Shown one piece after another: positions 9,071 through 19,058 of a DNA stretch of 64,000 nucleotides. The notes beneath the pieces are model-generated. The model saw nothing but the letters and a program-made list of their open reading frames with translations. It was not told where the DNA came from and made no database searches. The position numbers and the translations under genes are program-made. The stretch's first letter is position 1; the number at the start of each line of letters is the position of its first letter. This DNA comes from Candidatus Latescibacterota bacterium (lineage in GTDB: Bacteria; Latescibacterota; UBA2968; UBA8231), in contig CBDAOB010000004.1 of assembly GCA_965197905.1 (NCBI GenBank), positions 1,312,001 through 1,376,000 of the forward strand, in the 5' to 3' direction.

Positions 9071-9479
9071 AGTAGCATTGCTCCTTAATTCCTGCGATAC
9101 TGAGGTCGCTTGTGCATTGCCGATAACTGGTTGTATCCGAAGTTCGACTTCCGCAAGAATAGCTTCTCGTCAAGTTTTTGCGAAGTTGGGTTCGCAGCGT
9201 TGCGGTATTCAATATACTGACTCCTTCAGCGCACCCGCGCGACCCCAGCCGCAGACTGAATTCGACTACGCCTGATCCTCCGTGGGCGCAGTCTGTCTAC
9301 GTATTTTGAGCGGCTGTATAGAAACGGCGTTCAGGCGCCAAAAATTTGATCCGCGCCAGCCCTTCGCGGCCGTTTCTCATGGCGAGCCGCCCATAAACTG
9401 CGAATGCCCCCCGAAAAACGCGGCATAAGAGCGCCACGGACCGTCGGCGCAACTATCGATAACGGTGTTTATTCTTCCT

Positions 9480-9797
9480 ATACTTTGACGAATTGGCGTG
9501 TAGCACACCGGCGCAAAGTATCTCAGCCAGAAATGAGTAGCCAAAGGACTCATCGGCTCAAAGTCCACAGCGCACCCGCTCATAACCATCTGAGCGCGCC
9601 CGCTCCAATGATTCGTTGAGCAGCGCTGTAGCGATTCCTCTGCGACGGCCGTTATCCGGATCCGCCGCATTGGCCCATTCGGGGCAGAACACGCTCCGTT
9701 TTGCCCCGAACGATGGAATCGGCCAACCCGTGAGGAACCCAACGAGCCTACCGCTGTGAATCGCGGCTCCTTCTGGCCCCGCTCCAACGACGCGCAT
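9480..9797 (-). pseudogene. GNAT acetyltransferase remnant, frameshifted
   Basis: RRRGIATALL acetyl-CoA motif, then CAVDFEPMSPLATHFW in another frame. Confidence 0.6.
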
Positions 9798-9902
9798 CAG
9801 GGGCGCGGCAGTTTGTCGTAGCCCGCTGGATGCGATGGCTAGAAGCTGATGGTCTTGCCCCGTCTCCCTTCAGAGCCTGTCCCGCGCTGCACGGCGCGCA
9901 CC

Positions 9903-10946
9903 TCAATTCATCTGTCGCTCGAGCGACCTGACCGATACCGCTTCGCCAACACGTTCCGACTCATACGCGGCCATGATGATCGCCAGAGCATGAAGGGCGG
10001 CATCGAGGCCATACGTCGGTTGTCGCCCACCCACTACAGCGGCCGCGAACTCGTCTAACATTCCCGCGTATGTGTCGACAAAACTCAGGCGCCCCTCGGG
10101 TACGAAGTAAGGAGTCCATTCCTCTTTGTCGGCGTCGTGGTGCTCGATGACATTCTGGTCGCCGATTCGGAGACTTCCCGCGCTGCCGTGCACTTCGACG
10201 ACGGCCGGGCTGCCGCCGTGCACGGACCAGCCGATCTGCACAGAGGAGACGCCGCCGCCCTCATGACTCAGTATGGTCAGGGCGAGATCATCGACTTCCC
10301 CGGCCTCAGTTGCGATGGCGCGAGCAACCACACGCTCAACCGGTTGCCCCATGAACAGCTCACTCAGGTAAACACTGTGATAACCGGGATCGATCAGAGC
10401 GCCGCCGCCGCCGCGATTCAGTTTGACCCGCCAGTCCGGGTCGTACCCGGCTGCGCCCGGCCAGTGTCTGCCGCTGAAGAATGATTCGTAGCGAACCAGA
10501 TAGGGGTTGCCAATCAGTCCGGACTTGATGGCCTGGCGGATTGCTGCGTGGTGAGGGAAACAGGTGTAGTTGTGTTGAATGCCGAAAACCACGCCGCTGT
10601 CGCGCACCGCCGCGGCGATCCGCGCGCCGGCGGCAACTGATGTGCAGAGAGGTTTTTCGGCCAGGATATGGCGTCCGGCCCGAGCACAGGCAATCGTCAC
10701 CTCTTCATGCAGGAAATGCGGCAACGCCAGGTCGACGAAATCACAGTCGACAACGTCCAGCATGTTTCGGTAATCGATAAAGCGCTTCTCCTCGGGTACG
10801 CCGAGCGCCGCGCCGACGATCTCAAGGTTCTCAGCCACCGGATCGGACAAGGCAACAACCTTGATCCGATCCTGCGTCGCCCCGAAGCCCAGGACGTGTC
10901 CTACCTGAACCACCCGGCCACAACCGATAATCGCTGCCGTAAGCAT
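9903..10946 (-). CDS. Gfo/Idh/MocA family oxidoreductase
   Basis: IIGCGRV, HILAEKP, GGGALIDPGYH. Confidence 0.9.
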   Translation of the reverse strand: MLTAAIIGCGRVVQVGHVLGFGATQDRIKVVALSDPVAENLEIVGAALGVPEEKRFIDYRNMLDVVDCDFVDLALPHFLHEEVTIACARAGRHILAEKPLCTSVAAGARIAAAVRDSGVVFGIQHNYTCFPHHAAIRQAIKSGLIGNPYLVRYESFFSGRHWPGAAGYDPDWRVKLNRGGGGALIDPGYHSVYLSELFMGQPVERVVARAIATEAGEVDDLALTILSHEGGGVSSVQIGWSVHGGSPAVVEVHGSAGSLRIGDQNVIEHHDADKEEWTPYFVPEGRLSFVDTYAGMLDEFAAAVVGGRQPTYGLDAALHALAIIMAAYESERVGEAVSVRSLERQMN

Positions 10947-11329
10947 GGGTCCCCTCACTTCTCCAACTATTGATTGAGTTGCGCGGAATAGGGGTTATCG
11001 GACTCCGAAGCCGGGCATCGCCTTACTTGGCGAGCACAATCAGCCCGACAAAATCCTGTCGTTCAACAGCCGCTAACGTAAAAATGGGAGCGCTGACTCG
11101 ATGCCGGCGATCCTCTCATTTCCTATTCGCCGAAATTGCATTGAAATTACCGTGGGCTAAGTCAGAAGGGCTATCCGTAGCGAACTGCATACTCTCGCAA
11201 GCACAGCCCCGCCAACTAAGAATCAGTATCAACTCCTTCTTGCACAAAAGGAAACGGGCCGGAATGCACATCGTCAATGTGCAGCAGGTCAAATGGGCAG
11301 CACGGATCACGCGAGCATTGACCAGTCCG

Positions 11330-11640
11330 CTCTGCTAGTGCTGGAGAGAGGGGTTGTTCAGCCACCGCGCTGCCCGAGGAAGGAAATCCGCCTGAATTTC
11401 CAGACTTTGCTCGAGGGATGGATTCGCGTGGAATTGATCGTGCGCCGCAAGATGTGGCCGCCGCAGCTGCAGGGGGGGATTGAGGGATATACTTTCGCCG
11501 ATTGCGATCTCATCCGCGGCCACAGTCTGTCTCACACGGTCACATGGCGCAGCAAGAGCGTTCTGCCGCAGCTGGAGGGGGACGAGGAGCTGGCTCTTCG
11601 CTTCCACCTGTCGCGGGCGAAGTTGTTCGCCATTCATCCT
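11330..11640 (+). pseudogene. C-terminal fragment of a propeller-family paralog
   Basis: IRLNF.T..EGWIRVEL...IEGYTFADCD.IRG.SLSH.VTW...LRFHLSRAKLFA matches C-termini of paralogs A-D. Confidence 0.55.
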
Positions 11641-11783
11641 GACGCTTCAGCAAGAAGCCGATTGGCGACTTCTGCGCCCTGGTCTGCACGAACGAGCCGG
11701 TGGACGCACCCATTGACGAGTTTGAGGCGGATGCGATTTTGTCCGAAACCGGCAGAGATCGTGTGACAAAGAGGGAGGTCAGC

Positions 11784-13268
11784 GTGAAACAGCTTTTCAT
11801 CGACGACCAAGACCTGGAAGAAGTCGACAACCTGGCACGCAAGCTGCACCGGCCGCAGAAGTTCAAAAAGAATGTGGTGCTGCGAGCCGAAAATCGCTGG
11901 GAGAACAGCGGCGTCATGCTGTGGACGACACCGGCCTGGGTACCGGACGAGGGCGTATTCAAGGTACTCTACTACGCCATGGAGGCATCTTGGGATCGGG
12001 AAGTCAGGCTCGATGTGACGGGCGCGCCGATGGGCGGCCGGACCTTTATCTGCCTGGCCACTTCGGAAGACGGGGTGAACTGGGAGAAGCCGGTGCTGGG
12101 CCTGTGCGACTACAACGAGCTGGTCGGTCGCCGGGAGCCGCAAGTGGGTAAGGAGAACAACATCGTGCCCACGGGCGTGCCGCTGGGACCGATATACGAC
12201 CCGCACGATCCCGATCCGCAGCGCCGCTACAAAGGTATGGGGCTGGGGCCGCCGGCGGTCTCGGCGGACTGTCTGCACTGGGAGTTTCTCGACATACCGC
12301 CGATTCCAAGCTCAGACGAGGCGCACCTGACCTACGATGAGGAGAAGAGGCTCTTCATCGCCACGGTCAAGCATGCCGGGCCTGACGGCAGGTCGCCCTA
12401 TGGTCGGGCCTTTTGCTTGAGCACCAGCGAAGACTTTGAGAGCTGGAGCGATATCGAACTCGTCTTCCACGCCGACCAGATCGACCAGGAAAACGGGGAA
12501 GAGCGGATGAGCAGATTCATCGAGGATCCCGATTATCTCACCCCGGTCTACAACCGGCCGGAGGAGTGGTGTACGGATGTCTACAACTTTCCCGTATTCC
12601 CCTACGAAGGACTCTATCTGGGGATGCCGGTGATGCACCACTGGTCGGGGAAGCACCCACCGATGTACGAAAACGTCGACAGCCGCAAGTCGGTGGAGCT
12701 GGCCTCGAGCCGGGATCTGCGGCAGTGGGACCGGGTGTGTGACCGGGCGCCGTTTATGGAACTGTCCCCGGTGGGGGACCGCAGCGCCTACGATACCGGG
12801 CAGATCGTGATCGCGAATGGGCCTGTCAGGCGCAACAACGAGCTGTGGTTCTACTATCTGGGGGCACGCTCCCGCTCCAAGTCCTTTGCCGACCTGATGG
12901 CCCGTAAGAATCTCGACACCCACGCCGTGGCGCTGGCCAAGCTGCGGGTCGACGGCTTCGTGTCGCTCAAGGGAGGGATTGAATGGGGATCGGTGTTGAC
13001 CAAGCCGATCCAAGTGGAGGGCGGCGAGCTGCACGTCAATGTGGACTCGTGGCGCGGCCGGGTAACCGCAGAGGTGTTGGACGCTGAGGACGGACGGCCG
13101 ATCACAGGATATACAAAGGACGAGAGCATCCCGGCGGTGATAGACAGCATCGATGAGATGCAGAGCTGGAAGGACAGGGCGGATCTCTCCGAGCTGCGCG
13201 GACGGACAGTGCGCCTGCGCTTTTCGCTACTCAGGGCGGAACTTTACTCTTTCTGGTTCGCCGGCTGA
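11784..13268 (+). CDS. Beta-propeller glycosidase-like protein, paralog B
   Basis: RBS GGAGG, GTG start, KQLFIDD; ATSEDG..WEKP.LG; DPDPQRRYK; LRVDGFVSL; LYSFWF. Confidence 0.72.
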   Translation: MKQLFIDDQDLEEVDNLARKLHRPQKFKKNVVLRAENRWENSGVMLWTTPAWVPDEGVFKVLYYAMEASWDREVRLDVTGAPMGGRTFICLATSEDGVNWEKPVLGLCDYNELVGRREPQVGKENNIVPTGVPLGPIYDPHDPDPQRRYKGMGLGPPAVSADCLHWEFLDIPPIPSSDEAHLTYDEEKRLFIATVKHAGPDGRSPYGRAFCLSTSEDFESWSDIELVFHADQIDQENGEERMSRFIEDPDYLTPVYNRPEEWCTDVYNFPVFPYEGLYLGMPVMHHWSGKHPPMYENVDSRKSVELASSRDLRQWDRVCDRAPFMELSPVGDRSAYDTGQIVIANGPVRRNNELWFYYLGARSRSKSFADLMARKNLDTHAVALAKLRVDGFVSLKGGIEWGSVLTKPIQVEGGELHVNVDSWRGRVTAEVLDAEDGRPITGYTKDESIPAVIDSIDEMQSWKDRADLSELRGRTVRLRFSLLRAELYSFWFAG

Positions 13269-13437
13269 GCAGCTATCATGTTTGTGCCGTCATTTGTAGG
13301 AGGTTTCGTTCAACTTATGTATGGTCAAGCTACAAATAGGAAAGTGTTGATTGGGATGACACTGTCTTTTCTGTTTGTCACCAGACACTGGATCAAAAGG
13401 ATTTCCGCGAGGAGCATCGTGGCAGGAGTAAGTTACA

Positions 13438-14145
13438 ATGACTGATTCAATAATCGAGCAAGCCAAATCGAGCCTCGCTGAGCAGGGCTATTGCGTCATC
13501 GAGAATCTCCTCGACTCGGCCGAAGCCGAGCGTATCGATGACCTCGGGCGGTCTCTTATATCCCATCAAACTGGGTATGTCAAACTGGAGGGAGCGCTGA
13601 GTCAAATACCGGATCTGGCACCCCTGTGTGTCCATCCAACCGTTCTGGCGATGGTCGAACATTTTCTCGGTGATCCATTCTATCTGGCCAACAATGTCTG
13701 TTTGATGTGGTGCCAACCTGGTGCTCCTGGCGGCGGTCTTCACTTCGACTGGCCGCTCGACCAGGTCCCGGAGCCGTGGCCCAAGTGGCCGTTACTACTT
13801 CAAACTATGTGGATGTTGACGGATTTCACCGCCGACAACGGCGCGACTCATATTGTGCCCGGTAGTCATCGGGCAAGTGGTCCGACGAGGTCAGCCGAGT
13901 GGGACGCCGTCGAAAGGCCGATAACGGGCAAGCGGGGCTCCGTTCTTATGTGGCAAGGGGCCGCGTTGCATCGCAACGGACCAAACACGGCACAATCGCT
14001 GCACCGCATGGGGGCCAATGCGGCTTATATACCCTCGTTTGTGCATCGGCCACCTGCGGGATGGCCATTAGTCCAGCGGAAACAATTCGACCGCTTTCCT
14101 GCGCGCCTCCAAAAACTTTTGGAACGCTCTGTCGAGAGCAAATAG
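13438..14145 (+). CDS. Phytanoyl-CoA dioxygenase (PhyH) family
   Basis: LHFD (HxD), LTDFTADNGAT.IVPGSH, LHRNG.N.....R. Confidence 0.88.
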   Translation: MTDSIIEQAKSSLAEQGYCVIENLLDSAEAERIDDLGRSLISHQTGYVKLEGALSQIPDLAPLCVHPTVLAMVEHFLGDPFYLANNVCLMWCQPGAPGGGLHFDWPLDQVPEPWPKWPLLLQTMWMLTDFTADNGATHIVPGSHRASGPTRSAEWDAVERPITGKRGSVLMWQGAALHRNGPNTAQSLHRMGANAAYIPSFVHRPPAGWPLVQRKQFDRFPARLQKLLERSVESK

Positions 14146-14257
14146 GCCCGCTTGCTCCGGAACACCGATCGAATTGACTGTTCAAGCAAGACGGTGGGTT
14201 GACCTCGTACCGAAACGCTCCAAGACCCAGCGTTTCCCTGCGAATGAGAGGATAACC

Positions 14258-16462
14258 ATGAAACGGAAGCTAAGACTGTGCGCCCTGACCCAGTGCATCC
14301 TTGTGGTGGCGGCGGCCGGGGCCGCCCAAGGCCTTGAGGTGAGCGGGGTTGTGCAGAGGGAGGTGGCGGTGGTCGGGCCGATTACCCGCAAGGTCGGCAT
14401 CGAAGGTGCGGTGATCCGCTTCATCAGCGAGACCAATCCGCACGAGATCTACGAGGACGGCACCGATCTGGAAGGACGCTTTCGAATCGATCTGGACGGG
14501 CCGGACACTGCCGTGGAAACGGCGGGCAATTCCAAGCCGATCTCCTTCGAACTGCATCAGAACTACCCCAATCCATTCAATCCCGGAACCGTTATCTCCT
14601 ACCAGCTTCCGCGCTCTGCGGGCGTGCAGCTGGTCATCTACAACAGCATCGGGCAACGGGTGCGGACCCTGGTGGAAGGCTATCGGGAACTGGGTGCCCA
14701 CTCCACTCTGTGGGACGGGCGCGACGATGACGGCCGGGCTTTGGCGTCCGGTGTTTATGTCTACCGCCTGACCGCCGGTGCCTTCTCCCAGGCGAGGAAG
14801 ATGGTGTTGCTCGACGGTCCCAACTCCGTTCTGCCGGGTGGGGTTTCCGCGCCGGTGGGTGCGCGCTCCGGGGCCTCTGTCGGCACAGAAGAGCTAATTC
14901 CCTTGGCGGACCTGGACCTGGCGGGGGGAATGCCGCCGGCGCTGTGGCCGTCGGGGAAGTTGGCCCAGGCTCGTAGCTTCCGAGTGACCATCGACGCCTA
15001 CAAGATGGTGCCGTTCGAGCAGATGGGGCTTGCAGTTTTCCAGGACACCTCCTTGAACTTTCTGCTGGAAGAGGACACCCGCGAGGGAGTGGTGTTCCTG
15101 AAGGAGGAGCAGCGCCAGCTTTTTCTGGACGACTTCAATATCGAGGAGATGTCAAACCTGACCCGCACCATGCACCGGCCACAGAAGAAGGGGGCGGTCA
15201 TCCGGCCTAACTGGCCGGAGGGGGAGACGAACATCCAGACCCGCAGCGCTGCATTTTGGGACCCCCTGGATGAGGTCTACAAGCTCTGGCTGATCGACGG
15301 CTCCTATCGCATCAGTGTGGACGGGCTGCACTGGACCCACGGTCCCGGAGGGGTCACCCCGGGTTACAGCGTCCTGTACGATCCCCTGGACCCCGATCCG
15401 CAACGGCGCTACAAGTCGTTCCACCCCCGACGAATGGCGGTATCGCCGGACGGCCGCAATTGGTCCACGCTCAAACGGCCCCCCATCCAGAGCTCGGACG
15501 AGTGGAACTTCTCCATCGACCTGGAGAACAGGCGCTACATCGGCACGGTGAAGCAGGGCGGACCATACGGGCGCTCGATCTACCTGACCACCAGTAGCAG
15601 CTTCGACAACTGGTCTTCACCGCGCCTGATCTTCCATGCCGACGAGCAGGACCAGGAGTTGGGGAGACAGCATATCGAGGCGCGCTTCGCCGATGAAACC
15701 AAACACCATCCGCCGTGGGACCCCGACCCCTCCTACTTCAATGTGGATGCCTACAACATGGGCGTATTCCGCTACGAATCGGTCTACATCGGGATGCCCG
15801 CCATGTTCCACTCTGTCGCTCCGGTTCCCAACTATCCCAACACCGACGGCTTCCACCTGATACAACTGGCCGTCAGCCACGATCTCACCACCTGGACACG
15901 GCTGGGCAACCGCCAGGCGTTCCTCGCTCCCTCGCGGACCGAATCAGGCGCCTACGATATGACCCAGCTCATCGGACCGTCAAACGCCGTGGTGCGCGGC
16001 GACGAGCTTTGGTTCTACTACTGGGGTGGCAAGTACCGGGCCGCCGGCTTGATCTACGTCGGCACCTATCCCAACGGGGAATGGATCCAGCGTCCCGGCG
16101 CCGACTTCGACGCAGGTGCCATCAACCTGGCGGTCTTGCGCCGGGACGGGTTCTTTTCGCTCGACGCCGGCACCAGCGAAGGCGTTCTCCTCACCAAGCC
16201 GCTGATCTGGCGCGGTTCCACCCTTTGGGTCAACGTCAATACGCAGGAGGGCGAGGTGCGTGTGGAGGTGCTGGATGCAAACGGGGACCTGCTGCGGGAG
16301 GGGCTGTCGCGCACGCGATCGATGCCGGTGGTTCGCAACAGCGTGCGGCTGGCCGTGGTCTGGCAGGACGAAAGCGATCTCTCGGACTTGCACCAAGAAA
16401 CGGTGCGGTTGCGCTTCTTCGTGCGCGACGCGGAGCTTTATTCCTTCTGGACGGAGCCCTGA
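14258..16462 (+). CDS. Secreted fusion: signal peptide + internal FlgD-Ig (YPNPFNP) module + propeller glycosidase-like domain, paralog C
   Basis: MKRKLRL..AAAGAAQG signal; QNYPNPFNP...SGVYVYRL...KMVLL at ~14546-14812; RQLFLDD...LRRDGFFSL...LYSFW. Confidence 0.78.
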   Translation: MKRKLRLCALTQCILVVAAAGAAQGLEVSGVVQREVAVVGPITRKVGIEGAVIRFISETNPHEIYEDGTDLEGRFRIDLDGPDTAVETAGNSKPISFELHQNYPNPFNPGTVISYQLPRSAGVQLVIYNSIGQRVRTLVEGYRELGAHSTLWDGRDDDGRALASGVYVYRLTAGAFSQARKMVLLDGPNSVLPGGVSAPVGARSGASVGTEELIPLADLDLAGGMPPALWPSGKLAQARSFRVTIDAYKMVPFEQMGLAVFQDTSLNFLLEEDTREGVVFLKEEQRQLFLDDFNIEEMSNLTRTMHRPQKKGAVIRPNWPEGETNIQTRSAAFWDPLDEVYKLWLIDGSYRISVDGLHWTHGPGGVTPGYSVLYDPLDPDPQRRYKSFHPRRMAVSPDGRNWSTLKRPPIQSSDEWNFSIDLENRRYIGTVKQGGPYGRSIYLTTSSSFDNWSSPRLIFHADEQDQELGRQHIEARFADETKHHPPWDPDPSYFNVDAYNMGVFRYESVYIGMPAMFHSVAPVPNYPNTDGFHLIQLAVSHDLTTWTRLGNRQAFLAPSRTESGAYDMTQLIGPSNAVVRGDELWFYYWGGKYRAAGLIYVGTYPNGEWIQRPGADFDAGAINLAVLRRDGFFSLDAGTSEGVLLTKPLIWRGSTLWVNVNTQEGEVRVEVLDANGDLLREGLSRTRSMPVVRNSVRLAVVWQDESDLSDLHQETVRLRFFVRDAELYSFWTEP

Positions 16463-17436
16463 GCGCTTTCTACCCTCCAGCAAATTGGGATTTGACTCCC
16501 AAAGATACCCCCAACTACCCCGAGAGAAACCTTTGGAATTTTCCTCGGTACACGGCGATTATGGGGTGGACGCCGCCTCCACCAAATGAGTAGACGTTAC
16601 CGGACGTAACGGAGTGTATACGGAGACAGAAAAGGCCTTGCGGGCGAATATAGCTTGCAGGGCCTTTCTTGCGTCGTCCTCAGGGCAACGGGGGCGCGGA
16701 GACCGGACAAACTCTTTGGCGGACCCGGCCTGAGGGCCGACGGGCAGGCGCAGCAGCCGAGCAGGGTGAGACGAGAGTGCTGGCTCCGTCGGCTCTTGGG
16801 GCCTGGGCAGCGCCTTGAGAAGCCCACAATGCCGAATGTTCTGGGGACCGATCGACTGGGCGGACGTCGAACCGACGCTGCGGGAGCTGTCTACGGTCGC
16901 GGAGTTCGAGGCGGCGGGCACGACATTCGACCAGACGGTCCTGATTTCATCCAGCTCCGCATTTTTGAAAGTGGCGGGGCGCTGTTCCCTCGTAACCCAG
17001 AACGCCCAATGCAGCCTGCGAAGGGCGTTGGAGTCGGTGCAACGACGATTGGATCGTTTTCAGGTATCGCCATCAGCCTCCGAACATCCACACGCAACGT
17101 CCCATAGTCTTTGCGGAAATAGGCGCCCCACTTCAACTCCGTCAGGTATCCGAGCCCAAGACCACCTCACAAAAGACAGATACCGATAACTGGACCAAAA
17201 GACAACAGACCGCTGATAGCGACCGACGCCTGCGGCCTGCGACGACTACGCTCTGTCGGCTCGGAAAACCGACAGAATTTCTCAGATCGTGGCTGCAATC
17301 CCGGGTTCCACGTTGCTCCAGTTGGGGATTCCCGTATTTTTGTCAGATATCACTACAACCGATTCGAGCCCAACCAATTCGAAACAACGTTACGCCATTG
17401 CAAGCGCTAGCGCCAAGAATAGGACGAAGAAACCCA

Positions 17437-17750
17437 GTGAAATCATTCACCAACAGACCGCTTTTGTATCGGTTGGTTCCAAGGGGCTCGGATACGCCTG
17501 CGCCCTGTGCCTGTCGGAAGGTGGCGCCAACGTTTTCCTGGCCGCACCTCCAATGAGGACAGGCTCGAGATCGCGTCCTCGGAAATCAACCGTAAAACCG
17601 GCGTCGCGACCGGGTACTACGCCGCGGATCCGCGCGGGTTGGAAAACTGCATTGCGGCTTCGGAGGCCTTAATCAGGAATCTTGGTAGCTGCCATATCCT
17701 GATCAATTCGGCGGGCGCCACCAAAGGCGGCATTTTCCGGGAGATTGGAC
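17437..17750 (+). pseudogene. SDR oxidoreductase N-terminal fragment, frameshifted
   Basis: TAFVSVGSKGLGYACA, then HILINSAG in a second frame. Confidence 0.6.
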
Positions 17751-17995
17751 CAACCCGACGACGTCGCCGAGCTAGTGGCCTTCCGGTGCAGTCCACAAGC
17801 GCGTCACATACACGGAACGTGAATCGCCCTAGACGAAGGGGGGAGCAAGGGTTACTATTGATGCTCGACGTTACCAGCGCGACCGTTGATGCACAGTCTA
17901 TGAAACAAAGCTCGGAATTCGCTGGCCTTGTGCATGAGCACCGGTGGCTCCGGTGAAATCGCTCATCGGTATGACACTGGAAGTTGGAGGGGTCC

Positions 17996-18713
17996 GTGCC
18001 TAGCAGGCTTTCCGATGCTGAAGTCGATTGGAGCCAGATTCACTCTCGGGAACAAAGCTGGAGAGGGAGGCTGCTTGGCGATTTCGCATCCCGTTTTGCC
18101 GTGCCCCGTTGCACCGAACTGTTTCTCGACGCTTTCGGAGAAGACCGGCACCTGGATTTTCTCGAAGTGGGCGCGGGAAACGGGGAAGTACCCGTGCACA
18201 TCATGCAGTCGAGCCCGGAATGCATCCGCAGTTACTCTTCATCCGAACTGTTCCTCGAAGGCGCGCGCTGGTTGCGCTCGCAGGGACTTACCAGCTGCGT
18301 TGCCGACGCACAGCATCTGCCGTTTTCGGACAACGCATTCGATGCGGTCGTTTCTCCATCACGTGTCGGACCCGCAGCGGATGGCGGACGAAATGGTTCG
18401 CGTTTCGCGCGGTCGACTGCTGTTGACCGAGTCGAACGGCTTGAGTGTCGGCCGCAAGCTGATGGAACTTACTCCCGGCCATCGTCGGGCGGGGGAGCGC
18501 TCGTACGCTCCGTGGGATTACCGGCGATTCTTCGAACATTCCGACTGCCGCCTCGTTCACACCTCTGTGAAGCCATTCTTGTTTCCCCTGCCGGGGGGCG
18601 TCCCTCGATCTCTTCTACGCCCGTTCATCGCCTTCAATAGAGTTGTGGAGCGGGTCCCTTTTCTGCGATGGCAGTGCTCCAACGTCTGCATATCGATCAC
18701 CTTCGAGAAGTGA
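17996..18713 (+). pseudogene. Class I SAM methyltransferase with frameshift near 18350
   Basis: LEVGAGNG and ADAQHLPF.D.AFD in one frame; LHHVSDP....EM.RV in the next. Confidence 0.75.
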
Positions 18714-18759
18714 CCTGCGTGTTGCGCCGGCCATGGCGTGAATCGATTTCGCGGCCCCT

Positions 18760-19057
18760 CTAATTCGAAAACTCCGCCATTGCGTGAAACGAGCCATTCA
18801 GTTGCGGGTAGAGCGAACGGTACAAGTCGAATGCGCTATCATATGTCGCATGGGTCTGTCGATTCGGTTCTGTTGAGCCCGTAGCGACGATCGTTGCTGT
18901 CGCAGCTTCAGCCTTGAAGACTCCCGCTCCGATCCCCGCCAACATTGCAGCTCCGAAAGCGGTTCCCTGGGTTGCGTTGGTGGTCACGATCTCGGCATCG
19001 AAGATGTCGGCGAGCATATGTCGCCACAGCTCGCTCTCGGATGCGCCACCTGACGTA
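18760..19057 (-). pseudogene. FGGY sugar kinase (xylulokinase-like) C-terminal fragment
   Basis: SGGASESELWRHMLADIF...AFGAAMLAGIGAG; upstream part replaced by an unrelated gene end. Confidence 0.75.
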
Positions 19058-19058
19058 G

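Noticed and set aside
8991..9212. N-terminal part of the 295-aa integrase ORF
   Set aside because: Chance open frame across a junction; another frame encodes a hydrolase start with its own RBS.
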